A stretch of 64,000 bases of DNA from Tubiluchus corallicola (taxonomy: Eukaryota; Animalia; Priapulida), in assembly GCA_030141605.1 (NCBI GenBank), contig JAQGDQ010000036.1, positions 930,001-994,000 of the forward strand, given 5' to 3'. Shown one piece after another: positions 49,601-62,576 of this stretch. Every line of letters begins with the position of its first letter. The first letter of the stretch is position 1. Below the pieces are notes generated by a model. It searched no databases. It was not told the DNA's origin and was given only the letters and a program-made list of their open reading frames with translations. The position numbers and the translations under genes are program-made.

Positions 49601-52173
49601 GTCATACTAACTATTATTATCATACTAAATATTGTACTTTAGCACTGTACTTTAATTTTCACTTTTAGTAACGCGCTCATGGAATGTTTATGCTGTTGAA
49701 AATTATATTCAGTTGTGACGTCATCACTAGTTGGGCTTGCCTGCCATTAATTAAGTTTTTAACCTGTTACCTAATTTCCAGAAATATTTTGGTATTATAT
49801 AGGTGTTAATATGTAATGTATACTTTTTAATATACTTCATAAATGGGGTATGATGTGAAAACCTTCCCGTTTTCCTTGAAATGTTGTTATTTTATGACCA
49901 AAATGTTGCCGTCAACGAAAAAATGTTGATCCCCTTACAATTGGCATAAAACTTATATATGATCAGTGTCTAAAAGACTGATATAAACAATTTGGGTTTA
50001 AACAACATGAGGTAATTACCTCAAATAAACCTTGTGAATAGTAATTAAAAGGTATGCTGTATACTGGATGTTCATCCTTAACATGCATTAATGCTGTGTC
50101 ACATTATAGAGTAGTATTTGGGAAGCTCTTGTAATATAACAGCATAAAAGGTTAAATTAAATAAAAAAATGGCACTAATTACCTTGGCACAGGCAGGATT
50201 TTCAGTATTTTGAAATGGTTTACCTCGCATTGTCTCACAAGTTAGGAGAGACTTAATCCAGGAGTAGATTAATATCCATCATTTTTTTCTGCTGGGAGAA
50301 GCTGATAAATCTCACTCTTTCTAACCTTTCCAGGCACTATACGTCTGCAATACTATTACCCAAGTAAAATGTTTCACTACTATAATGCCTATGTTTTACT
50401 AAATGAATTCTAATTCCAGAAATTTTGTGTGGCTGGAAAAAATAAAACGAATAATGAAAACACACGTTTGACTTTAACTCTGGCAGTATATTTCTCCACA
50501 TCTGTTTTTGAGTAGCCTTTGTTGTACTACAGCAGAAAGTCAGAGAAAAGAAAAGGCTCGCTAACTGGCCATTATGCCAGGTGGACCCCAGCTAGTTGAC
50601 TGACGTTTGCCAACTTGTGTATTGCCTTTGATCTTTGTTGACATAAAAGCACCTCTGTATGATTGTGTAACACTGTGTGGTTTAGTTTTCTTCTTTATCT
50701 CATTTTCATGTGTCACCAACTTACTGATGGACAGTTTATCAACTGGTACATGTACAGTGAATCTGTTTGGTTCAGTTAGCAAATTTTAGTGGACCATTTC
50801 AAGATTTGCTGGTCTAAGTATATCTATAAAACTTGATGCTTAAAAATGTTTTGCGAGAATATAAAAATTTTCAGTAATGCTTAGGTATAGTTTTTTAAGA
50901 TGATACTTGTATTTTTGTTTGGCATGAACACTTGACTGTTGTAAAAGTAATTATGTCTTCACAGAACAACAAAACATTTTCAACGCAGTCAAACAAGATT
51001 GTAAAATGATACTTGTATTATTATATTATGCTGTATGTTATACTGTATATTATATATGTATTATATGTATGCATTATTAGAAAATTTTAGTCTTGGTGTG
51101 TTAATTGGCTGACCAATGTGCATTATTTTTAATGTGCTTATTAGTTTATAATAAATGCAACTAATTTTTTTATTTTTCTTCAGATAAATGAATTGAGCCA
51201 TGTTCATATCCCAGTAATGTTGATGCCTGATGATTTCAAGGCATTCAGTAAAACACGAGTGGACAATCATCTCTTTAACAAGTAAGTGAATGCTGCTAGT
51301 TGGGCAAATTATTTAAAGCAGCCATGGGCTAAATAAATGCCTGAGTTACCAATTATTTGAGACAAGAATCCAGCACACAGTAACAGATAACAATGATCTT
51401 GGCAAATGTAGTTTGGAATGATCCTTAATTACATATTTTATATTAGGTGACTACAACTATATTATTTTTTGCAAAATCAGCATTATTATTACATATAAAC
51501 AGGACTATGAATTGGGGTTTCTGCTCAATAAAGTCCTGCAAAATGCTTTCACAGTACAGCGAATGGCTTCATTTAGAAACCATTGCAAGCTCATACAGTA
51601 CAACTAATCATAAATTGCCTACAAGATTTCGCAGTTTGCATTTATTATTTTTTATTTCAAATGTTTTATCTCATATATAATTTGTTAACCTTGTGGAAAT
51701 GATATCGAATTCACTTTCATATCATAATGACATCTTGCTTGAATAACATTAATTGAGACAGTAAACAGGCTGCAATCTGTAAATTGAGATTTGCAAGGCA
51801 AGCCTTTGTTAGCATGGTCCTGTTAAAAAGAAATTTATAAACAAGTTATCATACAATGGCAAAATAAATTTGATTTACATAACTCATAAATTGTGTAACT
51901 CACAATCTACGTGTAACAATATAATTATCTTTTGCAACAAAATGTACCAAATGTTAAATTGCCTTTGCCTTTAAGTAAGTGCTGACTTGCAAACTTTAAA
52001 AACCAGCCATTTCTTCCTTCTATGATATTGTTAGTGTATGTTTTATGGTTCAAATTGTGTTCCAAATTTTTTTTAGGGAAAATATGCCAAGTCATTTTAA
52101 AGTTAAAGAATACTGTCCATTGGTATTCAGAAATTTAAGAGAGAGATTCAACGTTGATGATGGATATTATATG
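40117..52173 (+). CDS. PIP4K2: Phosphatidylinositol 5-phosphate 4-kinase type 2, 5' part only (exons 40117-40230, 51184-51281, 52077-52173)
   Basis: [38 protein letters not shown] | [33 protein letters not shown] | [32 protein letters not shown]. Very close to the vertebrate PIP4K2 N-terminus, with GT-AG junctions in phases 0 and 2. Confidence 0.95.
40555..40688. repeat. (TA)n-rich microsatellite
   Basis: Read directly from the sequence. Confidence 0.9.
42321..44579 (-). mobile_element. 5'-truncated, frameshifted non-LTR retrotransposon ORF2 (RT and C-terminal zinc knuckle), antisense in PIP4K2 intron 1
   Basis: Reads [57 protein letters not shown] and LLTG.GNF...CECG...EHLIHRC across several broken ORFs. 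Confidence 0.92.
45702..46127. repeat. 212-bp near-perfect tandem duplication
   Basis: taatactcaaaagtttgac...gatgtaggcg.tactgct starts at 45702 and 45914. Confidence 0.95.
47743..48228. mobile_element. Tc1/mariner-pogo-type MITE
   Basis: TA-flanked inverted termini tacagtataatccacttattacaa / ttgttgtaaacgaattatactgta. Confidence 0.6.
51184..51281 (+). CDS. PIP4K2: PIP4K2 coding exon 2
   Basis: tttcttcag|ATAAATGAA...AACAA|gtaagt; contains [11 protein letters not shown]. Confidence 0.95.
52077..52173 (+). CDS. PIP4K2: PIP4K2 coding exon 3
   Basis: ttttag|GGAAAATATG...TATATG|gtaagg; contains [19 protein letters not shown]. Confidence 0.95.
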
Positions 52174-53364
52174 GTAAGGGTGTTTCATTTCATTACAAGG
52201 AATTTAAATTGTAACACAATTAAGATAGATCTTTTATGCTAAGTTTATAAAATATTACATTAAATTACAGTTAGGGGTGTTAAACAATACAAATTTGGTA
52301 ATGCGATAGTTTTTCCAGTGATACGATAACGATATGATGCAAAAAATAAAGTGTTAAAAACGATACTGAAATTCGACAATTTAAGCAAAACAGAAAAGCA
52401 TTATTAATAATTAAAATTATTAAGCGCTTTAGTGTATTCTGTGCTGTTTACTTAAATGATTGCTAGTTATAAAGTACAAGTTTTCTGTGTCTTTATTTCT
52501 AATAAAGAGACATATGATGTCTATCTAATTTTAATTATAATATGTTTTTTATCACACCACAAATATAGACAACTATAAGAGCTAGCTTCACAAATCCTCA
52601 TCTGTCACTATTAGTCGTGGGCCTGTGGTTAAAACCTAATTAATTATATTATTATATGCTCTCAGTATCACTTATCTCTTCTCGGATAAGTTTCTAGAAT
52701 TCTGATAAGGAACTTTGCAAAAATGCAAAGTGCTGGTGCAAATGAAATAGACAGTCTTGCAAAAGCAGCCGTTGTTGTTTGCAGAGCAAGAACTAAAAAG
52801 CCAGGTACACAAAATGTATCATTTGGCATCTACATCTATAATTATCATTAATGTTTACTTCTTTCAAATGTTTAGCGAAAATTGTAGTTGAGCTGTAATT
52901 AGTGTATTTTCGTTTGCATTACCTACAGATGGTGAATGTTTTTGAACCTTCACTAATAAAAGGAAAATGGTTCTGATAAATCCTTGTACTGTTTCTCAGC
53001 CAAGATTTCTGCTAAACAGTCAGTCCAGTCCCTGCTAACGGAGTGTAAGTCACGTGCGAGGTGTATCTATTATACAATGCCATATTTTTGTAGGCAATTT
53101 CCTGATTCATGTACCAATTACGTCTACGACGAAATTGAAACTTTTTGCATCATTGTTGTAATGATTCGTAGCTAAGGAAGCGACGACAGATAAACATATT
53201 GCTATGATAAAAATATTTATCTATGCGAACTGCACATTAACGTAAACTCGTAAAGTGACACTAAAAGTATGGTACAGTGCATTAGGCATCCGCACGTCAA
53301 TACGATTCAGAATGAAGATAACCGTTATTGCCAGGCGATACAAGAAAATGACTTTGCAGACCTT

Positions 53365-53660
53365 TCAAACCAAAGAAACAATTAATTGTAGAAGGAAATG
53401 ATGGTCTAATTACTGATGCTCAACAGCAAACTGAAGCCATAGCAGAATTTTTTCAACGAATTTTTAATGATGAAAATGCACCTGGGGTTAAAAGGACTCA
53501 CTATCCAATGAAAGTTCCATTTACCAAAGAAGAAGTAAAGCATGCGGCAAAATCATTGAAAAATAACAAAAGCCCGGGCACTGATGAATTAAATGCTGAG
53601 TTAGTCAAGTATGGATCAGAAAATTTATATGCAGAAATTGCTGAAGCAATACGTAACTGA
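53365..53660 (+). mobile_element. Non-LTR retrotransposon ORF2 fragment (region preceding RT, RTE-like)
   Basis: Reads ...TEAIAEFFQRIFNDE...[33 protein letters not shown]; ends just before the long (GA)n tract. Confidence 0.8.
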
Positions 53661-53686
53661 ACGAAATACTGGCGAGTTACGTATTG

Positions 53687-54295
<609 letters not shown>

Positions 54296-54773
54296 AATTA
54301 AGAAAAAGCGGGAAGATGAAAGATTTCTTTGTAAAGGAATCTTCGCTTATTGAAACGATTCTTTACTAGCAAAAGTTCACAATGATTTCCACATGAAAGC
54401 CATTCTAAATCGAATTTCCTTTGATATTATTCCTTTAATACTGGTCTATTAAGCAAGAGTTAGCGACATTATCCGATTTCAATTTGTGATTAAACGGACG
54501 ATGATGCTTTCGGTCAGGCTCTGCGAGGTCCCAGATGAAATGGAATAGCCGCGCAAGTCAATTGGTCAGGAGGCGAAGCCTCCTCTTTTTTTAGCCAAGT
54601 CGCCCCACACAAGACGAATGGCACTCGTGGTAAATGAGTACAGTAAAAGGCGAAGTTTCAACTGGAGAAACACATTTTAAACATTTTAATTAATTTGTTA
54701 GTGATCAGGAAAGCAACCAGGAGTAGACATTTTAGACGAAAACCGGCAAAATAAGAAAAAGCATTCAAGTTTG

Positions 54774-55197
54774 AGGACAAGAAGGCACTCTTTGTAAATA
54801 AAGCTTAAAAATTCGCTTTGAAAGTCTGTATTACCATTGGGGCTGCCATTTTAACGAAAAATCGTTTAGATTAAGTTTAGATAACATTGTGTAAAATTTG
54901 AAAAAATAACGGGAACATTTGTAGCGCACTCTTTACTAACTAAGCAAAAGTTTAACAAACCATGTCTTGTCAATAAGATCAATAATGTCTTTTTGGTGAA
55001 TCAGTGGTGCACACTGGGAAGGTGAATCAGCGACGTTTTACCAGGTGACACGAGAATTTTAAATTGTTACGAATTTTCTTCCCCAATTCTTTCAAAGGGG
55101 TTCTTTCTTAAGTCTTTCAAAAGGATAAGCGTAATGCCAAGTAATTTAACTTTGTTTAGAAAATTCTTTAGGATGAAATGTAAGGCTGATATGACCT
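54774..55197. mobile_element. Second, diverged copy of the TTAA-type MITE
   Basis: Starts aggacaagaaggcactc, shares its interior with 26520-26790, and ends cct-taa. Confidence 0.55.
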
Positions 55198-56310
55198 TAA
55201 AGAAAAGTCCAAGCCTTCTGGAAAGTTCGCGAAAAATCTTAGAAGGATTTAGTAATAAAAATATTGTGGCGAGTCGCAGGATTAAACCGTCACGGGCTTC
55301 GTGAAAATGCAGTGTATTGAATGTAAAATTTTGTGGGCCAATCAGAGCTCAGTTTTCTAGGCCAATTTTCTCGAGCGTGCAACCTGTTTTCATAGATTCG
55401 AGGGCAGTGCGTTCTGGGCCATGTTCGGTTTCGGATTTCATTTTGTTTTTCTCTTCTTGGTTGTTGTTATTAAGTCAGTCGTGATTCAGTAATTTTTGGT
55501 TTAACCCCTTGGTTTGCATTTCGCCTCAACGCGTAAGTGTCAGCTGTAAACTGTTGTTAAGTGTTTCATTTTACTGTTTTTCTTTCTTTTCTTTTTTATA
55601 ATTTTCTTTAGTTAACTATGAATCCTCGCTATTATAGACGGCATCACAATATGATAAGCCGTTCGTGTAATTAGTAAAATCAATTTAAATCCGCGATCAT
55701 TTCAGCTTGGAAGCTCCCATTTTGAATCTTCCACCAATGACGTCGTCCATCGGCTGAAGAAAAGCAGCGCACTGTCAAATTCCGTCAGAAGTGAATTAAG
55801 ATTTTACAAAAAATTAGGTAGCTGACTTTGTGATATTTTTGCATGAGCATTAGGCGAGCTGCAGAAGTTTCGGGTTACTTTAAGCAGCGCATGCTTACAG
55901 AAAGTTCCGATGCGCTTACGTAAAGTCACGAAGTCCACCAGTTACGTCACCATTTTCAAGCTAATGACCGTTACCACCACACCTGGAAATTTCTATCCAG
56001 CGGTAAGATAAATTACCTTTATGGTTTATAGACATCGTTTTTCCTGCGTGATAGTAGCAAAATAAACCCAAAGTGCTATATGATTGATTTTGACTTTGAT
56101 TTAACTCAAAATTTCGAACTAGGTTCATAGAATACATAACATACAATACTTGCAAGACATACAATAATTATAACCCCTCCTCCCAACATATACAAATTAA
56201 TACATAAATAAATAAAATAACAGTACAATATAAATATAGTGACGCATTTTACACTCCAGACATAAGAGACCAATGGAGGAAAGTATTAGATAGAAATTAT
56301 GGGTGACAAT

Positions 56311-56640
56311 TCAGGCTGGAAGTATGATATTGTTTACTGTGGATAGTGCTATTGGCTTGTAATTATTCCTGGCTGTAATCTCCTTATTTTTGTCTTTCAC
56401 AATCGGTACAATGACAGACAACATTAGAGAATCAGGCAAAAAACAATGTATGATACAAGCGCTATATAACAGTGATAATACTATTGGCAGCATATGTGAA
56501 GCATACCTAAAATGTTCCGATTTAATTGCATCATTTCCAGCCGATTTGTGCAGAGATAGTTTTGAAATTGCCTCTTGCACTTCTCTCACAGTGAAAGAAC
56601 TCACAGCACTAAATGACTTGTCTTTTCCTTTAATGACTGG
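56311..56640 (-). mobile_element. LINE (CR1/L2-group-like) RT N-terminal fragment
   Basis: Reads FTVREVQEAISKLSLHKSAGNDAIKSEH...LPDSLMLSVIVPIVKDK...NNYKPIALS. Confidence 0.85.
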
Positions 56641-57270
56641 TGAGCAGTGACACTGGCACTGCACACGTGACCAGAACCATGTAGCAAAGCACGCAAACAT
56701 TTCAACTTGAAATGCATCTATGTGGCTTTGACATTACCATTAATTATAGATCGATACATAACCCAAGAGAGGTGGGCACTCAGGCGTGTCACATCAAAGC
56801 AGTTTAGGCAGCCACGATCACAAATCGATCACGGCAGTATGCCCGTGAAGCCTCTAATCAAGGCAGTCGTATTGCCTTTCAAAAACAGGCGAGGTGGATA
56901 AGTTTTAGTGGTTCAGTAACGACGGCGCTAAGATGGAGAAACTACATTAACAGTGTCACAGCCTCACGAAAATTGTTCCTGTAAAAGCAGCTATTACCTC
57001 TCCCTATTAAATTGTGGAAAAATCCTTTCTTAATGCACAAGAAAACACTCTTCACGAGTAAAGCTTAAAAAATTCATCTTGAAATATTATGTCGGAAATA
57101 CATTTCCGAAGTAACAAATTACCAGTTACCTGATGTAAATAAGTGTAGGGAGTATCTAAAAAGTATGTATATAATTAGTTCTGTAGTTCTATTATGCTGG
57201 TACGTAAACAGAAACCTGTCTTAACTTAACCCAACATGCACTAACTGTAGTTAAAGGGAAGTAAAGAACC

Positions 57271-57282
57271 ACAACAACAGCG

Positions 57283-57327
<45 letters not shown>

Positions 57328-58050
57328 GCAGCAACAGCAGTAGCAACAACAACAACAGCGACAGCGACAACAACAACAACAACAACAGCAGCATCAACAA
57401 CAACAACAACAACAATAACAACAGCAGCGGCATCAACAACAACAACAACAGCGACAACAACAACAACAACAGCAGCGACAACAACAACAACAGCGACAAC
57501 AACAACAGCAGCAGCAGCAGCAGCATCAACAACAACAACAACAACAACAACAACAGCGACAACAGCAGAAGCAGCAACAACAACAACAACAACAACTGCA
57601 ACTGCAACAGCAATAGCAGAAACCCAACGGTGATGACGGATGACATTAACCAACAATGACGACAACATCTACGACACCAACACCAACAACAACGCCCCCA
57701 CTGCCGCCAGCGGCAATGACAACGACAACGATAACAGCCACGACAACAATGCGAAAATCACCCACGTCCCCACCCACAATACAACAACGTTGACAACAAA
57801 ACAACAACAACAACAAAAACAATAACAGCAACAGCAACAACTATAACAGCGGTAGGGGCTTCAACAGTAAGAGCAGCAGCAGCTTTGACAGCAACAGTGT
57901 GACAACGACAGCGACAATTACAATGACAACAACAACACCCCCCACCGGTAGCGACAACGACAAAGAGAACAATAGCAACAATGACACCACCAACAACAAC
58001 ACCACGACCATCACCACCATGAAGAACATCAACAGCTACAACTGCAGCAA
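57271..58050. repeat. Complex (CAA/CAG/CGA)n low-complexity tract
   Basis: Degenerate trinucleotide repeat; shares the interrupting motif gcggtaggggcttca.cagtaa with 59835-60290. Confidence 0.9.
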
Positions 58051-58722
58051 CAGCGTAAAAATATTGTAGTTATCTGATCATAAATATGGAATTTTACACT
58101 AAGTGGAAATTACGCGTATTATTGACTACAGTTGGGTCGGTAATATTATTATTATTTTAGTGGCTGAAAGCATACAATATTGTAATTTTATAACAAAGTT
58201 ACCTACCTATGGCTTTCTCCTTTGAGCTTGGTAAAAACTTCGACTTCCATAAAAACATAAACTGGAACATAAACATAAACATATATTGTGTGTTTTCAAC
58301 CGCTTATATTACCCACCTAGCAAGGATCAATGATGCGCGCGCTTTCCACGTGGTGTAACAAACAACACTGCCTGTCACTAATAGGTTCCACACTGAGTAA
58401 AGAGGCGCGTCCTTAACAGTTTCTCTTTTCAACTTGACACGTTGTCATTTCTCCTTCATTATCTCAACCGCCGCATCGCTCTCGCAGCTTCCCTAGTTGA
58501 AGAGTGACTGATTCAGTGCGGCAGAGGAGACTTTCAATTTCAAGGGCGTTAAAGATTCAGACTTTATCAGATTTTGTTACGAAATAAAATTTTCTAAGAT
58601 TAGATGGACTAGCAAGAGTGACAATTAATTTATGACAGACGTTTCATAGAGAAAAGAGAAAGGAATAAATTTAGCTGAGTACCGCCAAAATTTGGTATTC
58701 AGACAATTTTTTCTTTTCTTTT

Positions 58723-59271
58723 CAGTGGCGGCCCGTAGTTAAAATTGATGGGGGTGCTGCTTCAGACAATTTTTAGCCATTCTTTTAATACTGTGTAAAA
58801 CGAAACAAGCATATGTATTTTTAACGTTGTAATTAACAATTGTAATTTTAAACAAACAAACGTACAATAATTTATACGTGAACTTGATAAAATCTTAAAC
58901 AAAAAATGTTTTGCTTGTGTCGAATTAAACTGCCACAAAAATTATGAAAAGATAAATTGCCACAGTTCAAGAATGTGCCGGTACACAGCTTTCAAGCACG
59001 TGACAGCTGACAACAGACTGTGTGAGCGACAGTACTTTCTCTACTTGGCAGCAGACGCTAACACTAGCAGCACTAGCACGTTTTAGAACAGCCAAACACA
59101 CTACTATGGTGGTTGTGAAGCAAATTGTACTCCCCCCACGTGCTCCGGTTCCGCACAAGTATAAAAATGAACTAAAGAAAAAAGACTTATTACATTGAAT
59201 ATTATCGATGATAATTATTGAGTGAAAACAGGAGGTGCTGCAGTACCACAGTACTTATTCTCGAGCCGCCA
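58723..59271. mobile_element. Second copy of the hAT-like MITE at 25582-26189
   Basis: cagtggcggcccgtagttaaaatt...taatactgtgtaaaacgaaacaa...aagcaaattgtactcc...ggtgctgcagtacc...cgagccgcca; the last TIR bases are missing. Confidence 0.8.
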
Positions 59272-59275
59272 ACAA

Positions 59276-59835
59276 TAGGCTGACTACTGTTTCATTGTAA
59301 TAAACAGCTTAAGTATAATTTTATAATCTGCAGAAACGTTTTTGCTGAAAGTTGAAAGTTCTAGTTGAAATGTGCTGTTCACCTTAATTATGGTAAACAA
59401 CAGCAACGCCAGCAGCAGCAACAACTACACTACAACAGCAATAGCAGCAGCGACAGCGACAACAACAACAACAACAGTAGGCTGACTACTGTTTCATTGT
59501 AAGAAGCAGCTTAAGTATAATTTCATAATCTGCAGAAACGTTTTTGCTGAAAGTTGGAAGTTCAAGTTGAAATGTGCTGTTCACCTTAATTATGGTAAAC
59601 AACAGCAACGCCAGCAGCAGCAACAACTACACTACAACAGCAATAGCAGCAGCGACAGCGACAACAACAACAACAACAACAACAGTAGGCTGGCTACTGT
59701 TTCATTGTAATAAGCAGCTTAAGTATAATTTTATAATCTGCAGAAACGTTTTTGCTGAAAGTTGAAAGTTCTAGTTGAAATGTGCTGTTCACCTTAATTA
59801 TGGTAAACAACAGCAACGCCAGCAGCAGCAACAAT
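59276..59835. repeat. About 205-bp tandem repeat, about 2.7 copies
   Basis: taggctgactactgtttcattgtaa...gttcaccttaattatggtaaacaacagcaacgcc starts near 59276, 59478 and 59686; copy length varies in the (CAA)n part. Confidence 0.93.
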
Positions 59836-60083
59836 AAGGGCAGTGAAAATGGCAATGCAACAGCAACAACAACCATGACAACAGCAACAACAATAACAAC
59901 AACAATAACAGCAACAACAACCATGACAACAGCAACAACGACGACGACAACAATAACCACAACAACAATACCGGCAGGGGCTTCAGCAGTAACAGCAACG
60001 CCAGCAGCAGCAACAATAACGGCAGTGAAAATCGCAATGCAACAGCAACAACAACCATGACAACAACAACAACAACAACAACA

Positions 60084-60115
<32 letters not shown>

Positions 60116-60158
60116 AATAACAGCAACAACATTAATTAGCGGTAGGGGCTTCAGCAGT

Positions 60159-60191
<33 letters not shown>

Positions 60192-60290
60192 TACAACAGC
60201 AATAGCTGCAGCGACAGCGACAACAACAACAATAGCAGCAACAGTAACACAACAGTGGCTGCAAAGTCAACAATAACAAATAAACAGCCA
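59835..60290. repeat. Complex (CAA/CGA/CAG)n low-complexity tract
   Basis: Degenerate trinucleotide repeat. Confidence 0.9.
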
Positions 60291-60750
60291 CATCTGTAGT
60301 TAAACAAACAACAAAACACGGCATAGTTGTAGACCTAACAGGCGTGCCATAGAACGATACAGAAGACAGAAACAATGGCGTCACCGTGTCTGTGATATTA
60401 ACTGATTTAATGACAAATTAATTTTAATGCTAACAGTAATTGATTCGACATAGCAGTTTTTCTCGAACGGCGAATCAACAAACGATTCCTTGAAAATTGC
60501 ACGATTCTCGCTATAACTCTGCGCTGCAACAATAACGTAGCGTTTCCTTGCTATCATGCGAAACCATTTTGGGTTTCACACGAAATTTCTCCTGAGATTT
60601 GAGCCAGCTGCGTGTTATGATTACACGTATTATCGATTTTGACAAATCTCGAAGATTTCTCAATGCTTTGGTAGCTATATTCACTACCATTTGGGTAAGG
60701 AAGTTACTATCATATATTATTAGAGTTCAAAAGAGTTGTTATACATTCTT

Positions 60751-61376
60751 ATTTGTTTAAAGGAGTTGCTATAGGTTATCAATTGTTTAGAGGAGTTGCT
60801 ATACGTTATCATTTGTTTAGAGGAGTTGCTATACGTTATCATTTGTTTAGAGGAGTTGCTAGACGTTATCATTTGTTTAAAGGAGTTGCTAGACGTTATC
60901 ATTTGTTTAAAGGAGTTGCTATACGTTATCATTTGTTTTAAGGAGTTGCTAGACGTTATCATTTGTTTAAAGGAGTTGCTAGACGTTATCATTTGTTTAA
61001 AGGAGTTGCTATACGTTATCAATTGTTTAGAGGAGTTGCTATACGTTATCAATTGTTTAGAGGAGTTGCTATACGTTATCAATTGTTTTAAGGAGTTGCT
61101 ATACGTTATCAATTGTTTAGAGGAGTTGCTAGACGTTATCAATTGTTTTAAGGAGTTGCTATACGTTATCAATTGTTTTAAGGAGTTGCTATACGTTATC
61201 AATTGTTTTAAGGAGTTGCTATACGTTATCAATTGTTTTAAGGAGTTGCTAGACGTTATCAATTGTTTTAAGGAGTTGCTAGACGTTATCAATTGTTTTA
61301 AGGAGTTGCTATACGTTATCAATTGTTTTAAGGAGTTGCTATACGTTATAAATTGTTTTAAGGAGTTGCTATACGT
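60751..61376. repeat. 30-bp minisatellite, about 21 copies
   Basis: Unit a(a/t)ttgttt(a/t)(a/g)aggagttgcta(t/g)acgttatc. Confidence 0.97.
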
Positions 61377-61411
61377 GCCTATCATAAGTTAAAAAGTTTG
61401 CTGTATATTAT

Positions 61412-61415
<4 letters not shown>

Positions 61416-61459
<44 letters not shown>
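61416..61459. repeat. (CT)n microsatellite
   Basis: Read directly from the sequence. Confidence 0.95.
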
Positions 61460-61461
<2 letters not shown>

Positions 61462-61829
61462 TCCGTGTTTTGCTCTCTCTTTTGTTCAAATTCTTTTTTC
61501 TTTTTCTAATTGACAGGCATGCCTATTTACTTATTTATACAGTTTGGAATCCTGCAAGCCGGAAAGCAGCATTGAACGACAAGTCCTACTTGCATCTTGT
61601 CGTTGTAACGAGACCAGAACCTGTCTCGTTATGAAGTCATGTCTCAAGATGAGTCGGTGATCCAGCCGAGGTGTTTCTGCAAACTACGTAAGAACTGCAC
61701 ACGAGGCAGGAAGAGCCGAGCACACATACGACAGTACTGATGTTGCTGAAAAAATGTTGCTGCTGTTGCTGACGCGGGTGCTGCTACTGTACCAAAATGC
61801 GACTAACAAACCAGCATTACATCAACTAA

Positions 61830-62232
61830 ATGAAATACTTCTGCCCGAAAACCTTAATATAGCTGCCTTAGGAACTAATGATCTGTTGAAGTTGTTATTA
61901 TTCGGAGGTGAATTTAACTATGTTGCTAACTGAAAAATATTCCAATGTGTACATGACTTTATATTACGTACTAAACGCTTCCAGTAGTTTCTATCGGATA
62001 TAAAATGCATCAGTCTTAAATATTCGTACATTAATATTTTCTAACCATCATTTTCTACTAATGTCTAATGGAATCTTGTAGTAAAATTTGTCAGCTTGTG
62101 TAGTTATAGTCTATTCTTACTGTAAATGTTTTTGTAAATAGTGTATAAAGTCTGTTGTGGTGAGAATCCTAAATCATGTTGTTCAAACTGTCTTATCCAA
62201 TCCTATATAAATTATGTTTAAACTAAACTAAA
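61830..62232 (+). mobile_element. 3' end of a CR1-group LINE (ORF2 C-terminus, 3' UTR and short tandem tail)
   Basis: Reads NDLLKLLLFGGEFNYVAN*KIFQCVHDFILRTKRFQ*, resembling the recalled LLFG...IF..V..FI..TKRF terminus; ends in an (aaact)n tail. Confidence 0.65.
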
Positions 62233-62576
62233 GTCTCAGCTCATTTCTTAATGTGCCTTTTTAAAATTCTTGCTTCCAAAAAGAAGAACTTCCACAGTGT
62301 AAACTTATTAACGGTTATCTTTCATAAACATGCCACAATTTTCCTCAAGATGTACCACGTAAGAAGGCAAAACATTAATCTGTCACTAACCAACGTAGTT
62401 TACAAGTTTCTGTCTGCCTAAGTTAATTTCGGAGAAGTCTACAAGAACAGAAATTAAAACACGACATTCCAGAATATCGATCATACATAAGAAGTGTCCG
62501 GCAGTGATTTCTGCCCACTGAATAGAGGAAGCCAAAAGGGATGGATGAAAATCGAAAACACCAGGAGAAAGAGCAT

